NCBI GenBank assembly: GCA_035084275.1
Contig: CM068771.1
Location: forward strand, 930,001-994,000
DNA length: 64,000 nucleotides
DNA from: Hydrolagus colliei
Taxonomy: Eukaryota
Direction of reading: 5' to 3'
Under the pieces are notes generated by a model, which made no database searches, had not been told where the DNA came from, and worked only from the letters and a program-made list of their open reading frames with translations. Each line of letters opens with the position of its first letter. Positions within the stretch are counted from its first letter, which is position 1. The position numbers were made by a program, and so were the translations under genes. Shown piece by piece: positions 1 to 37,989 of the stretch.

Positions 1-759
1 TGTGAGGTGACAGAGGGAGAGGGAGAGACGGAAGAAAAGCAGGGGGAAAGAGGAAGGCAGTAAAATTGTGAGTGACAGGAAGAGAGACAGTATGTGTATG
101 AGACAACAAGATTACAAGAAAAAAATTACATTTATAGAGTGCCTTTCACATTGGGAGGACATCCCAAAGCAGAGACAGAGAAAGAGAGACATGGAATTCG
201 AGACAAAACATAAATAAATTAACTTTAAAAAAAAAATCAAAGCGTATCAAACCAGAAAAATAATTTGTCAGCAATAAAAATGAGTGTGAAATACCCCGAG
301 ATTAAGTATGTGAGAAAGAGTAAGAGAAAGATTGTGAGACAGAGATAAACAACAACAAGAATAATAATAATCCGTGCATTTGATATAGTGCCTTATCATA
401 ACTTCAAGACATTTCAAAGTGTTTCACAGAATATACTGTTCAGTCTATAAGTAAGACTGTGTGTTTTGTGGGCAGCCAATTGCACCCAGCGATGTCCCAC
501 AAACCGTGGGCTACTGACCCACAGACTCACCCTCCAGATGTCCTCACACTCTGCGGTGCCCAGCTCAATGCTGGGTTAACTCGAATACTGCCTCCTTATC
601 TATAGACAAACTGACTCCAGCAGTTTAATTACTTGAAGGCGAAACACCAGCTCTTGTTTCTAACAATGGGACTGAGAGACGATGGTGTGAGGGAAGTGAA
701 TGCAAATATGCTATATGTTGTTCTGGAAACTAACACAAATAAGATGGAAAGATTAGTGA

Positions 760-1320
760 AATAAAATGCCACAATAAGGTTGTGGTAGGATGGTATCAGG
801 AATGAGGAACTTCAGCTATGAGGAAAGGCTAGGTTTATTCTCATTGGAACAGAGAAGGTTACGAGGAGATCTAATAGAGGGTTTTTTTTAAGATGAGGGG
901 ATTCGACAGAGTACACAGGGAAAAACGGTTTCCCACCTGACTGGTGGGCATGTCAGTGACTCGTGGTCACAGATTTAAAATAGTTTCAAAAAGAAGCAGA
1001 GGGGAGATGAGGGGAAATGTTTTCACTCAGCGGGTTGTTGGAATCTGGAATGCGTTGCCTGAAAAGGTGGTGGAGGCCGATTCGATAACAGCTTTTAAAA
1101 GAGAGATAGACATTTATTTGGGGAGGACGGGTTTGCAAGGTTATGGGGAGAGAGATGGGGAGTGGGATTGAGTTGCTCTTTTTAAAGAACTTGCATAACT
1201 CAAGCGCTCTGAGATGCCGTCTGGCGTGGAGGGAGCTATATAAATTGAAGTTGTTGTTGTTGTCATAACTCGATGGGCCAAATGGTCGCCTTTTGTGCCA
1301 TAAAATTCTATGATTCTATG
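760..1320 (+). mobile_element. CR1-type LINE 3' fragment
   Basis: Encodes TRGHRFKI...RNVFTQRVVGIWNALPEKVVEA, the C-terminus of CR1 ORF2, and ends in a TTCTATGATTCTATGA tail. Confidence 0.85.
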
Positions 1321-1639
1321 ACAAGAAGTGAGAGGACATGGGTTTGATTTCCCTAAGAGCGAAACCTTAGGCGAGTTTCTTCACCGCACACATACACTTC
1401 TGTTTACCAGCAGTCAGCGGGAACCCGCTTGATAGTCGGTTTTCTGCAAGGCAATAATCCCTTCAAAATAATAATAATTTGGTCACTCAATCCACAGCTG
1501 TTTGTGGGAATATCCCGGTGTGCAATTGGCTGCCGCGTTTCGTCCGCAAAACACTTTACACTTTATCATGTATCCTGTGAAGCGCTTTGAAACATCCCGA
1601 AGATGTGATAAGGCACTGTGTCAAAAACACAAGGATTGT

Positions 1640-2530
1640 TATAAAAACAGAGCTTGGAAACCCCAGCAGGTCAGGCAGCATCTATGGAGAAAGGAAAGTG
1701 AGTCAACGTTTTGGGTCCACGACCCTTCATTAGAAACTGGGGCATGTTGGGAGGAAGAGGTGTTTAAGGACAAGTTAGAGAGGAGGAGGCAGGACAAGGA
1801 AGACAAAGTCGACAGAAAAAGAAGACAAAGGAGAAAATGTGTCAATTGATTGGTTAAACAGGTGATAACGGTGTGAAACAACAGGGGGTGGGTTTAACCA
1901 AAACTGGGGAGAAGAGGTGTTAATAGAGAAGAGCAGACAAAATACCAGAGAGGCAAGGGGTGTCTGGAGTGATGATTGTAATGGGGAAGGGGGAACTTCT
2001 ATGGCCTAAAGTGGCTGAAATCAATATTGAGGCCAGAGGGCTGTAAGGTCCCCACCAGACAGATGAGGTGCTGTTTCTCAAGTTTTCGCTGTGAATCACT
2101 GGAACAGCACAGAAGGCCATGGATCGAAAGATCAGCCTCTGAATGTGAGCGCAAGTTGAAATGGAGGGAGACTGGAAGATCAGGGTTGACATTCCGTACA
2201 GAGCGAAGATGCTCTGCAAATCGGTCTCCCAATCTGCGCTTAGTCTCCCCAATGTAGAGGAGACCACACCGTGAGCAGTGGATGCAGTATATACTACATT
2301 GGTGATAGTACATGTGAACTGCTGTCTCACATGGAAGCTGTGTTTTGGTCCCTGCAGAGTGGTCTAGGTGGAGGTGAAAGGGCAGGTATTACATCTCCTG
2401 CACTGGCACGGGAAGGTGCCAGAGGAAGGAGAGCAGCTGGTGATGGGAAGCCAGTGGAGTCGGGCGAGAATGGGGGAGATGGTGTCACTTGGTGCGTGAG
2501 AGGACACAGACTACAGAGTTGTGGATGATC
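1640..2530 (-). mobile_element. Penelope-like element fragment (GIY-YIG endonuclease and terminal region)
   Basis: ORF 1999..2313 IYCIHCSRCGLLYIGETKRRLGDRFAEH is a Penelope GIY-YIG signature. A hammerhead-like motif lies at 1740-1700. Confidence 0.85.
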
Positions 2531-2648
2531 TGTGATCTGTGAAGAGACGAGTTGGAAAGGCCAACAACCAAACCAAACTGAATTCCCCACTTCCCCCATA
2601 CACATGGAAATCCCAGAGATATTTATTGGAATGCTCTCTCTCTCTCTT

Positions 2649-2683
<35 letters not shown>

Positions 2684-3539
2684 GTTGGGATGCATATACT
2701 GTTTACCAAATTCTAGACTATTAGGTGCTGGCTGGTGAGAGCCAATGATTGGGGAAAGCCAGGAGTTGGAGTAACTGCTGAAGTCTAACCAACTGAACCC
2801 ACACAGCTTGCCATTGATATCACTGTCAGACAAACTTTCCCGCTGCTTACAGTGCTAGGACCACTCTCCCCATTAGCTAGGATTAACAGGAGCTGAGTGG
2901 GAGGATTCCCTGCCCCGAGTGACTGGTCTGGCCTTCCAGGTCCTGCCGTAAGCCAGGCTGGGGCTGTGCTGTCATCAGCAGAGAGAGAGAGAGCCCCGGA
3001 TATACTGCAGATGCTCCTGGCTCGGGAATAGGACTGGAGACCCGTCGCTGAGACAGGTTGGAAACTCACTACCAGGCAGGTCACATTGGGGCCAGGCCAG
3101 CTCCTCGGAGACCCCCATTGTCTCAGGAGGCAGCGTCTCTTCAAATGAGATGCTCAACCAAGGTTTCTCTCTCTATCTCTCTATCTCTCCCGCTATCCTG
3201 GATGGCTTTCATGGATATTTCTGGCATTTATGTGATTCACGTAAACATAAACAGCTGCTGCTGCCCACAAATGGTCAGAGTTCCTGTTTGCTGCTCAGAG
3301 ATCTGAGCTCCCATTGTCCTTTCCTCTCATCCTGCTTTGCATTTTCAGAAAATTATCCTTTAGTTCCTGGTTGAGGTTTCTCACTATTTCAGGTGCTGAA
3401 ATAAACACATTGTCGCTGTGTTTTTGTAAACATCATCTTAACATAATCTTATATGGCTGGTCTAAACATAACCTCCAAAGTGAACGCCATAACGCCACCA
3501 CCCAGACCTCGCCAGGCTCCACTGGCCAACTATTTCACC

Positions 3540-4730
3540 CTAAACTCCATACACAGATTGGAGGAATGGGCTGACATGTGGCAGATGGATTTTAATGTGG
3601 ATAAGTGTGAGGTGATACACTTAGGTAGGAAAAATGATAGGAGGCAATATAGACTTGGTAGCTCAAGCTTAAGGGGGGTGAACATACAGAGAGATCTGGG
3701 TGTTCAAGTAAGCGAATCATTAAAGGTAGCAGGGCAGGTACAAGGTAGATAAGGCAGTAAAAAAGGCATTTGGTGTACTGAGCTTTATTAGTAGGGGCAT
3801 AGAGTATAAGAATAGGGAGGTTATGGTTAATCTATACAAAACACTGGTTAGGCCTCAGCTGGAGTACTGCGTCCAGTTCTGGGCACCTTACTTCATTAAG
3901 GCACTGGAAAGGGTGCAGAGGAGATTCACGAGAATGACACCAGGAATGGGGAACCTTAGCTATGAGGACAGGCTGGAGAAGTTACGACTTTTCCCATTAG
4001 AGCAGAGAAGGTTACGCGGGGACCCGATAGAGATCTTCAAGATCATGAAAGGTTTCGACTCAGGCTAGATAGGGAAAAGCTATTTCAGCTGGTAGGTGTG
4101 TCTGTGACCCGCGGTCACAGTCTTAAGATATCTACCAAAAGAAGCAGAGGGGAGGTTAGAAGAATTTTGTTTCTCAGCGAGTTGTTCGAATTTGGAATGA
4201 TCTGCCTGAAAGGGTAGTGAAGTCCAATTCCATAGCAGCTTTTAAGATAGAACTAGATCCACTCGTGGGTGAATCTGTGACTCGTGGTCACAGATTTAAA
4301 ATAGTTTCAAGGCGCAGTAGAGGGGAGCTGAGGAGAAATCTTTTCACTCAGCGAGTTGTTCGAATCTGGAATGCATTGCCTGAAAAGGTGGTGGAGGCTG
4401 ATTCGATAACAACTTTTAAAAGGGAATTAGATCTTTATTTAGGGAGAACGGGTCTATTAGGCTATGGGGAGCGGGCAGGGCAGTGGGATTGAATCGCTCT
4501 TTTCAAAGAGCCGGCACAGACTAGATGGGCCGAATGGCCTCCTTTTGTGCCGTAAAATTCTATGATTCTATGATTCTAGATAGGTATCTGGGGAAGACGG
4601 GTTTGCAGGGTTACGGGGAGAAAGCTGGTGATTGGGGTTAATGAAAGTGACTTGCTCAGTGAAAGAGCCGGCACAGACTCAATGGGCCGAATGGCCTCCT
4701 TCTGTGCTGTAACATTCTATGATTCTATGA
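3540..4730 (+). mobile_element. CR1 LINE 3' fragments (duplicated 3' end)
   Basis: WQMDFNVDKCEVIHLG, LYKTLVRPQLEYCVQFW, QRVVRIWNALP. Frameshifted, with repeated TTCTATGA tails. Confidence 0.85.
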
Positions 4731-5269
4731 TATACCCATCACCCCAGTACTCGCCAGGCTCCACTGGCTCTCTATCACTAAATAGAAGATTGGCCCACAC
4801 CCCTGGTTAAACTTTGGATGTTCTACTGATGTGAAAGGCGCTATGTAAATATAACAATAACTTGTATTCATATAGCGCCCTCCATACCAGACGGCATCTC
4901 AGAGCACTTCACAATAGCGGAGCCCGGAGCCGAGCCTGGGGGAGGGGGAAGGTGACCGTGGACATGACCTGAAAATGGAAAAGGAGGGCGAAGGGATTGA
5001 GGGAGGAAGTTTCAGAGTTTCAGGGCGTAGTGCCTGAAAAAACGTGTGTTCTGTGCTATAAATATGCTACGAAACACTAAATCCTATGATTTTTTTAAGG
5101 CAATTCTCCTGACGTGAAAACTGCTGTGTCACATGTGAGGATTATTCTAAACAGTTCCTGTTCCAGTCACACAGAATGCCCTGTGAGAATGCCGTTTAAT
5201 CATTGCATTTAGTACAGTGGCTACGCGAATAAATAGGGAGGTAGAAAGGGCTTGAAACCACTAAGGGAG

Positions 5270-8150
5270 TGGGGAGGGGGGTAGGAGGTAAAAACATAGT
5301 CAGGTATAGTCCATCACAGTAAAAATTAGGATTGATGAAAGTGCACAAATAGAGACAAACGGGTATGATCTAGTAGCCATCACAGAGACATGGTTGCAGG
5401 GTGATCAAAGGTGGGAGCTAAACATTCGACGGTACGTGGTATATAGGCAATGTGGTAAATGAGGAGGTGGGTGGGTGGCCCTGCTAATAAAGGATGAGAT
5501 AAAAATAGTGGAGAGGAAAGATTTTAAATCAGAAAAGCAGGATGTAGAGTCAGTATGGGTAGAGGTACATGACAATAAAGGGCAGAAAACTCTTGTGGGA
5601 GTAGTTTATAGACCCCCAAACAGCAGTCAAAAGTATCGCTCAAGGTATAAATCAGGAGATTAGCGGAGCATGTAGCAAAGGAAAGACACTAATTGTCATG
5701 ATTTTAACCTGCACATAGACTGGGACAACCAAATTGGGAAAGGTAAGATAGAGGAAGCATTTATAGAATGTATTAGGGATAATTTTCTAGATCAGTAGTC
5801 GAGGAGCCGACCAGGGAACAGGCCATATTAGACCTTGTTTTGTGTAATGAAACAGGGCTGATCAGCAAACTGGAACTTAACGGCAAAGTGATCATAATAT
5901 GATGGAATTTAGCATTAAGTTAGAGAGGGAGGTGGTTAAGTCTGAAGCAAAGTCTTCAATTTAAATAGAGCCAACTTTGCTGGTATGAAAGAGGATTTAG
6001 CCAGAATAAACTGGGAAATTAGACTTAAGGATTTGACAGTAGACCAGCAATGGCAGACATTCAAGGAGATAGTGCAAGATTCCCAATGAGCACATATTCC
6101 TTTGAGGAATAAGAACGCCATGGGAAAGGTGGTTCAGCCGTGGCTAACTAGAGCAGTTAGGGAAAGTATCAAATAAAAAAAATGTAAAACAGCGAAGATG
6201 AGTCGTAAACCCAAGGATTGGGAGAACTTTAGGGATCAACAAAGGAGAACCAAAAAATTGATCAAGAGGGAGAAAATAGATTATGAGGGCAAACTAGCAA
6301 AGAACATAAAAACAGACTGCAAGCATTTTTACAAATATATAAAGAAGAAAAGATTAGCGAGGGTGAATGTGGATCCGTTACATGCAGAGAGACAGGGGGA
6401 ATTATAATAGGGGACACAGACATGGCAAAGTCGTTAAAGGTTGGATATTTTGCTACTGTCTTCACTATAGAAGACAGTAAAAACCTACCAAGAATAGAGG
6501 GGAACCAAGACGACAATGTTAGCGAGCAACTTAGGGAGATAAATATTAGTGAAGAAATGCTTTTACATAAATTGTCAGGTCTTAAAACCAATAAATCCCC
6601 TGGACCGGATGGCCTGCATCCTAGAGTTTTAAAGGAGGTGGCTACTGAGAAAGTGGACGGCATGTCTATAATCTTCCAAAATTCTCTGGATACTGGAAAA
6701 GTCCCCATTGATTGGAAGATTGCAAACGTAACTCCACTATTTAAAAAGGTGGGAGAGAAAACATGGGGAACTATAGACCAGTTAGTCTGACATCAGTTGT
6801 AGGGAAAATTCTTGAGTCCTTAATTAAAGACGTCATTATGGGATACCTGGAAGACTATAACAAGATTTAGGCAGAGTCAGCATGGCTTTACAAAAGGGAA
6901 ATCATGCTTAACTAAACTTTTAGAATTTTTTGAGGATGTACCTAGCAGGTTGGATAGGGGGGAACCAGTAGATGTGGTCTATTTAGATTTTAAGAAGGCA
7001 TTTGATAAAGTGCCACACAAAAGCCTATTTTACAAAGTCAAGGCCCACGGGATTAATGGGAACATATTCGCATGGATAGAAGAGTGGCTAACGGGTAGAA
7101 AACAGAGAGTAGGGATAAACGGGTCATTCTCGAATTGGCAGGATGTAGTGGAGTGCCACAAGGATCAGTGCTTGGGCCTCAGCTATTCACAATTTACATC
7201 AATGATCTAGAAGAGGACGTTGAATGTAACGTGTCTAAATTCGCGGATGACACTAAACTAGGTAGCAGAATGAGCTCTGAGGATGATGCAAAAGATTGCA
7301 GTGGGATATAGATAGGCTAGGGGAGTGGACAGGTAGATGGCAGGTGGAATTTAATGTGGGGAAGTGTGAAATTATTCACCTAGGTAGCAAAAATAAAATA
7401 ACTAATTATTTTCTAGATGGGGAGAGATTAGATAGTGTTAGTATTCAGAGGGATTTGGATGTCCTTGTACACCAGTCGCAAAAAGTTAGTTTGCAGGCGC
7501 AGCAAGCAACTAAGAAGGGGAACGGCATACTAGCGTTCATTTCAAAAGGTTTAGAGTACAAGAGTAGGGAGGTCTTGCTGCAACTGTATAGGGCTCTGGT
7601 GAGACCACACCTAGAGTATTGTGTGCAGGTTTGGTCCCTTATTTAATAAAGGACATACTTGCCTTAGAGGGTGGGCAGCGTAGATTCACTAGGTTAGTTC
7701 CTGGGATGAGGGAACTGACCTATGAGGATAGGTTGAATAAACTAGGGCTGTATTCTCTAGAGTACAGAAGAATTAGGGGGGATCTTATTGAAACATATAA
7801 GATTCTTAAAGGGCTGGATAAAGTAGGCACTGAGGGACTGTTTCCCCTGGTAGGAGAATCTATAACCAGGGGTCACAGTCTTAAAATTAAGGGTCAGCCT
7901 TTTAGAACAGAGTTGAGGAAACATTTCTTCACTCAGTGAATTTATGGAATTCAATCCCGCAGAAGGCTGTAGATGCTCAGTCCTTGAACATTTTCAAGGC
8001 TGAGACTGATAAGATTTTTTTTAAATAGAGGGATTAGGGGATAGGGCAGGTAATTAGAGTTAGGTCAGAAGATCAGCCATGATCTTATCAAATGGCGGGG
8101 CAGGCTCGAGGGGCCAAATGGCCTACTCCTGCTCCTAATTCTTATGTCTT
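5270..8150 (+). mobile_element. Long decayed CR1 LINE ORF2 (AP endonuclease and reverse transcriptase)
   Basis: Endonuclease motifs (YDLVAITETW, VGVVYRPP) and RT motifs (VYLDFKKAFDKVPH, FADDTKL) are present, with many stops and frameshifts. Confidence 0.92.
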
Positions 8151-8329
8151 GTCACATCTTTGAGAGATATACTGTGAAATGGGATCGACTTTATAATTTG
8201 TAGGGAAAATTTGGCAGCCAATAATTGTACGCAGCAATATTTTGTGGGGAAAATGATTTAAGATAATGAGCAAAAGAACTGGAGGGAGATGAGATGTTTT
8301 TCACAGAGAATTATGATCAGGAATCTACT

Positions 8330-8870
8330 TCCTGATATGGTACTGGAAGTAACAACAACAGTAACAACAAAATGACATGTGCAAAGTGCCTTACATGTTG
8401 CGAGGATGTCCCAAGACACTGATAAACTATTTTGTGGATCTGAGCTGGTTTAGGGATTGAGGTGGGTGGAGATCGAAGGATGGTCTTGAAGGAGATGACG
8501 TGGAGGGACTCTGGGTTGTGAGTTCGAGGGGGTGGCTGAAGGCATATTGGGCTAGCTAATGGTGGGGTAGGCGAGGCGTGGGATATGAGGTAGCTGGAGC
8601 CTGCTGAATGGAGGGAGCAGGCAGGTTGGTAGGGGGCTATTAGATTGCAGAGTTGGGAGGATGGGGAGACAAGGCCATGGAGGGCTTTGAAGGAGAGGTC
8701 TAGGGTCTTCAACTGTGTATCCTCTGCATGATGGGAAGCCAGTAGATTCGGGCGAGGGTGGGAGTGATGGGATTCATGGAGCCAGGTGCGGGAGAGGACA
8801 CAGGCTGCAGAGTTCTGGATGATCTGTAGCCGGTGGAGGGAGGTGACGGGGAGACAGACAAGCAAGAAGT
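8330..8870 (-). mobile_element. L2-type LINE 3' fragment
   Basis: [15 protein letters not shown]...KALHGL is the C-terminus of L2 ORF2. Confidence 0.75.
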
Positions 8871-9189
8871 TTGCATAGTCAAGCCAGGATGTAGTGAATG
8901 ACTATGAGTTTCAGAGGTGAGACAATGTCAGGCAATCCGGGTTTTTGGAAGGCAGAGCTGGTCATGGCTGTGCGGCGGGAAGGATAATTGAGGGTCAAAG
9001 ATCCCACGGTTCTGGGCTGGCCCAGTGAGATGGAGTGGGCATCCATGGATAGTGAAGTTTTCAGTACCTGGGTGTGGATAGACTGGTGGGCTAAGCCTTC
9101 AGCCACTCTGCCGCCAACCTCTGGATCTCGATTCCACAATCCACCTGCTCCCAGCCTAGCCTCCTTCAAGTCCCACCTCAAGACCCTCT

Positions 9190-10080
9190 TCTTTGATAGA
9201 ATCATATGGCACAAAAGGAGGCCATTTGGCCCATCTAGTCTGTGCCGGCTTTGAACAGAGCAACTCAATCCCACTGCCCAGCTCTCTCCCCATAACCTAA
9301 CAGACCTGCTCTTCCTAAATAAAGATCTAATTCCCTTTTAAAAGTTGTTATCGAATCAGCCTCCACCACCTTTTCAGGCAATGCATTCCAGATTCCAACA
9401 ACTCGCTGAGTGAAAACATTTCTCCTCAGCTCCCCTCTGCTTCGTTTTGAAACTATATTAAATTTGTGCCACAAGTCACAGATTCGCCCACCAGTGGAAA
9501 GTCTTTCCCAATTCATCCGGTTGAAACCTCTCATAATTTTATAAACCTCTATTATGTCTCCTCTCAATCTTTTGTTCCAGAGAGAATAAGTGTAGCCTAT
9601 CTAGCCTTTCCTCATAGCTGAAGTCCCTCATTCCTGGTACCATCCTAGTAAATCTCCTCTGCACCCTTTCCAATGCCTTAATATCCTTCCTAAAATGTGG
9701 TGACCAGAATTGTTCACAGTACTCCAGCTGAGGCCTCACCAAAGTCCTATAGAGGTTAATCAGCACTTCCTGACTTTTGTACTCTATACCCCTATTTATA
9801 AAGCCTAGTATCCCATATGCCTTCTTAACAGCCTTGTCTACCTGTCCTGCCACCTTCAAAGAGTCACTAACACAAATCCCCAGGTCTCTCTGTTCCTTCG
9901 CACCCTTTAAAATTGTACTATCTAGCCTATATTGCCTCCCCTCATTTCTTCTCCCAAAATGTATCACCTCACACTTCTCTGTATTAAACTTCATCTGCCA
10001 TGTGTCTGCCCACTTCACCATTTTGCCTATAGTACCGCTTGTCACCCTGTGTCCCTCCACCCTCCCTGATCCCAACTCAT
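9190..10080 (-). mobile_element. CR1 LINE 3' fragment
   Basis: WQMKFNTEKCEVIHFG...LYRTLVRPQLEYC...QRVVGIWNALP. Confidence 0.88.
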
Positions 10081-10669
10081 GTCTGAAACACTTGACTATC
10101 CAATGCCTTGGAGCGTCATATCGACGTGAAAGGCCAATGTAATTTTGTTGCTGTTCTGGATTTCCCCACCAGAGGGAATAGTTTCTCTGTAGCTAGTGCT
10201 ACCCATCCCAATCATTTAATATTGCACTTTTCGCATCTTCAGGATATCTCAAAGTGCTTCACGGAGTATACTGTAAAGTGTAGTGACTGTGTCATTTGTG
10301 GGTGAGACATGGCAGCCAATTGCGCACAGCAATATACCACAAACAATCGTGGATTTGAAGTGACCAGATTAGATTATTTTTCTTTGAAGGAATTATTAGC
10401 CCCCAGAAAAGTGATCCGCCAATCGACTAACAAACGTTAGTCCTTACTAACTTACTGCTGATAAACAGAGGTGTGTGTGTGTGAAATAAGGGAAATTGCC
10501 CAACGTTTCACCCTGACCTGCCTGGGAATCGAATCCAAGTTCTCTCATTTGCGAGGCGAGGTCTCAAACCAGTGCGCTTACAGTACTCCACTTTAAACAC
10601 CTCGATCAGATCACCGCTCCACCCTGTTATCTCCAGGCTGATGACAAACAGCAGGGAGGGAGTCTGGGC

Positions 10670-12177
10670 GGGCAGATGTGGTTTAAAGAACAGTTTACTG
10701 TACAGGTTACCGCGAACCAAGAGTTTAACAAAGACACGCAAGTCACTTTACACGTTGGTAACTGCTACATAAGGCTCAAATCTACAAAAAACCAACTGAA
10801 AACAGACCGTAGAAAAAAAACTTTACAGATTAAGATAAAAAATAAAATCACCTTTTACATTAAGAAACATGCGTCTGAATTGTGCATCTTCTCTGTATGT
10901 ATATGTACAATAACTTGTTAAAATCTCACTCTACACTCTCGCTGGCCTGAGTCAACAGGCACCGTGGTTCAGTCTTTACATTATTATAAAACATAATTCC
11001 TTTGTAACAAAATAAATAAAACACCAGCAACTGGGATCGACATCAGAAACACACAAGGTCAGGGGCTCGATGTGACTGTAACATTTGGGGATTCCCCCCC
11101 CCTCCCTCACAGCAACACAGTCTCCCCCACAACCAGCTCAAGGAGCACTAACTAAAGTTACCAGCCAGACAGGTTAGTGCTAAACTGGGGGGAACACAGA
11201 GAGGAGATGGGAGGGGTATCAGGGGAGAGAGGAGATGGGAGGGGTATCAGGGGAGAGAGATGGGAGGGGTATCAGGAGAGAGAGATGGGAGGGGTATCAG
11301 GGGAGAGAGACGGGAGGGGTATCGGGAGAGAGACGGGAGGGGTATCAGGGGAGAGAGATGGGAGGGGTATCGGGAGAGAAAGAGAGGTGGGAGAGAGGGG
11401 GAAAGGGGAATGGAAGGGGGATAGTAGGGAGAAATGGAAGTGGTAGAGCATGGAGGACAGTGGGGCCCCAGAGATGAAGGAGGGGGGAGAGACACAAGTG
11501 GTTTAGACTGACGGGGGGCTGGGGCGGGTATTCAGGTTTGGGGAAGTCGGGCGAGAGCGAAACTGGAGCCGGTCAGTCACCAACATCATCATCATTACCT
11601 GGGGGGGGGGGAGGGGGCTGACACTCTCTCTCTCCCCCACCGCCCCATTCACTCACTCACAAAGCCTACTGTGTATATGATAAGAACTGATACTCTCTCC
11701 CCCAGATCCCCCAACAAATACACACTCAATCCCCCCCCCTCCCTCCATTCGCCTATGAAGCCTCCTGTCTGTGTGTGGTGGTGGTGGGGGAGGGTGGGGA
11801 GAAGGGGACACATTTGTTTTTTGTCATTCCAAAACAAACTGAATTCAAAGGAAAGAAATGAAGTCCACCCCTGGACCCTGGATCGAGCAATACTGCGTGT
11901 GATGTACGTGTGTGAGCGATGTGTGTGAGCGATGTGTGTGTGGTGGGTGTGTGTGTGTGTTTGTGCACATATGACCCAGGTCAAAAATGTTCCCCAAGAT
12001 TAAAACAAAATCCTCGTGGAAATCCTTCCTGGCTCCTGTTTGTAACATGTCCGTCCACACAGTGTCCTTGTCCCTGTCGCCTGGGAATCTCTGGCCACAG
12101 ACGCACATGATTATCTGCCACTGAACAGGGTTTCGAGGCTACACGGTCTGCCCTCGGTCTCCAGCTCTCTCTCTCTC

Positions 12178-12209
<32 letters not shown>

Positions 12210-12969
12210 GTCCATCTCTCCAGCTCACGCTCACTCACTCTGCTGACGTGGTTGGCGGACACGAGTGTGAACTCCAGTAGCGACGTGTGTGTGTGTCTGG
12301 TGCCTGTGTGTGTGGTGTGTGTGTGTTTGTGTGTGTAATGTCTGTGTGTGTGTGTGTGTATAGTGTCTGTGCTGCTCCCACCGTTATCATCAGCGGTGAA
12401 GCTATAAAACACGTATCACATCGAACCTTGATCATCCACCGAGCGATTGGGCGAGCGAGAGAGACAGACAGACAGACAGAGAGAGTGGAGCCAGGAGCAA
12501 ACGAACGAACGAACAACGGTGACTGGTTCGGCGACTGGTTCAACCCTTTTGTCCGGCCTCAGAGCCAATCCCCGACACCAGAGTCTCAGTCTCAGAGTCT
12601 AGCCGGCTGGAGTCTCACCAAAGTCTCAGTCTCGGTGTCCAGCCAGAGTCACAGAGTCTAGCCGGTTGGAGCCCAGACAGGGTCTCAGTGTCTAGCTGAC
12701 TGGAGTCTAGCCAGGATCTCACAGACTCTGTGTGTCTGGTCAGTGGGTGTCTGGTTGTTTGGTGTCTCACAGTCTCGGTGTCTGGTTGGGAGTCTCAACG
12801 TCCAGCAGTCTGAGTGTCCAGCTGGTTTGCGTCCAGACAAAGTCTCGGTCAGTCTCGGTGTGGAGCTGGCCGGCCGGCCGGGGTCTCTGGTCTGGGGGGG
12901 GGGAGCTGGGGGGGGAGCTGGTCTGGCCGGTGACTGGTCTGGGGGGGGAGCTGGCCGGCCGGCCGGGGT
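10670..12969 (-). other. Probable BRD2 3' UTR
   Basis: Follows the stop codon. It has unique U-rich segments on the minus strand (10700-11030, 11820-12120) and a variant poly(A) signal AGTAAA at 10699-10694. The 3' end is inferred, not proven. Confidence 0.45.
11195..11400. repeat. ~23-bp minisatellite (GAGAGATGGGAGGGGTATCAGGG)
   Basis: About 7-8 visible tandem copies. Confidence 0.9.
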
Positions 12970-37637
<24,668 letters not shown>

Positions 37638-37989
37638 GGGCCGCCGCTGCTCCGGTGTGTGTGTCCCGGGGGCCTGAGGCCAGGCCAGGCCTCGGACTGG
37701 GAGTCAGTCAGTGTCCGGGCCTTCCCCCCCCGCCCTCTCTCCCCGGGCTCTGTGTGTGTGTGTGTGTGCCCGCCCCCTCCCCCCGGGCCTGGTTGTCTGG
37801 CTGGAGCCCGGGGCTCGGGCTGGGAGAGGCTCAGTGTCTCCCCCTGTGGCCTGGCTGCCCTCACTGTCCCAGTGTCTGTCTCCCCCCCCCGGTGTCTGTC
37901 TCTCCCCCAGCGCCCCCCCCCCCCCCTCCCTCAGTGTCAATCTCAATGTCTCCCCCTCTGACTCTGGGTCGATTTGTCTCACTGTCGCC

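Noticed and set aside
5270-8150. Active LINE or host reverse-transcriptase gene
   Set aside because: Multiple stops and frameshifts break ORF2, and no ORF1 is visible.
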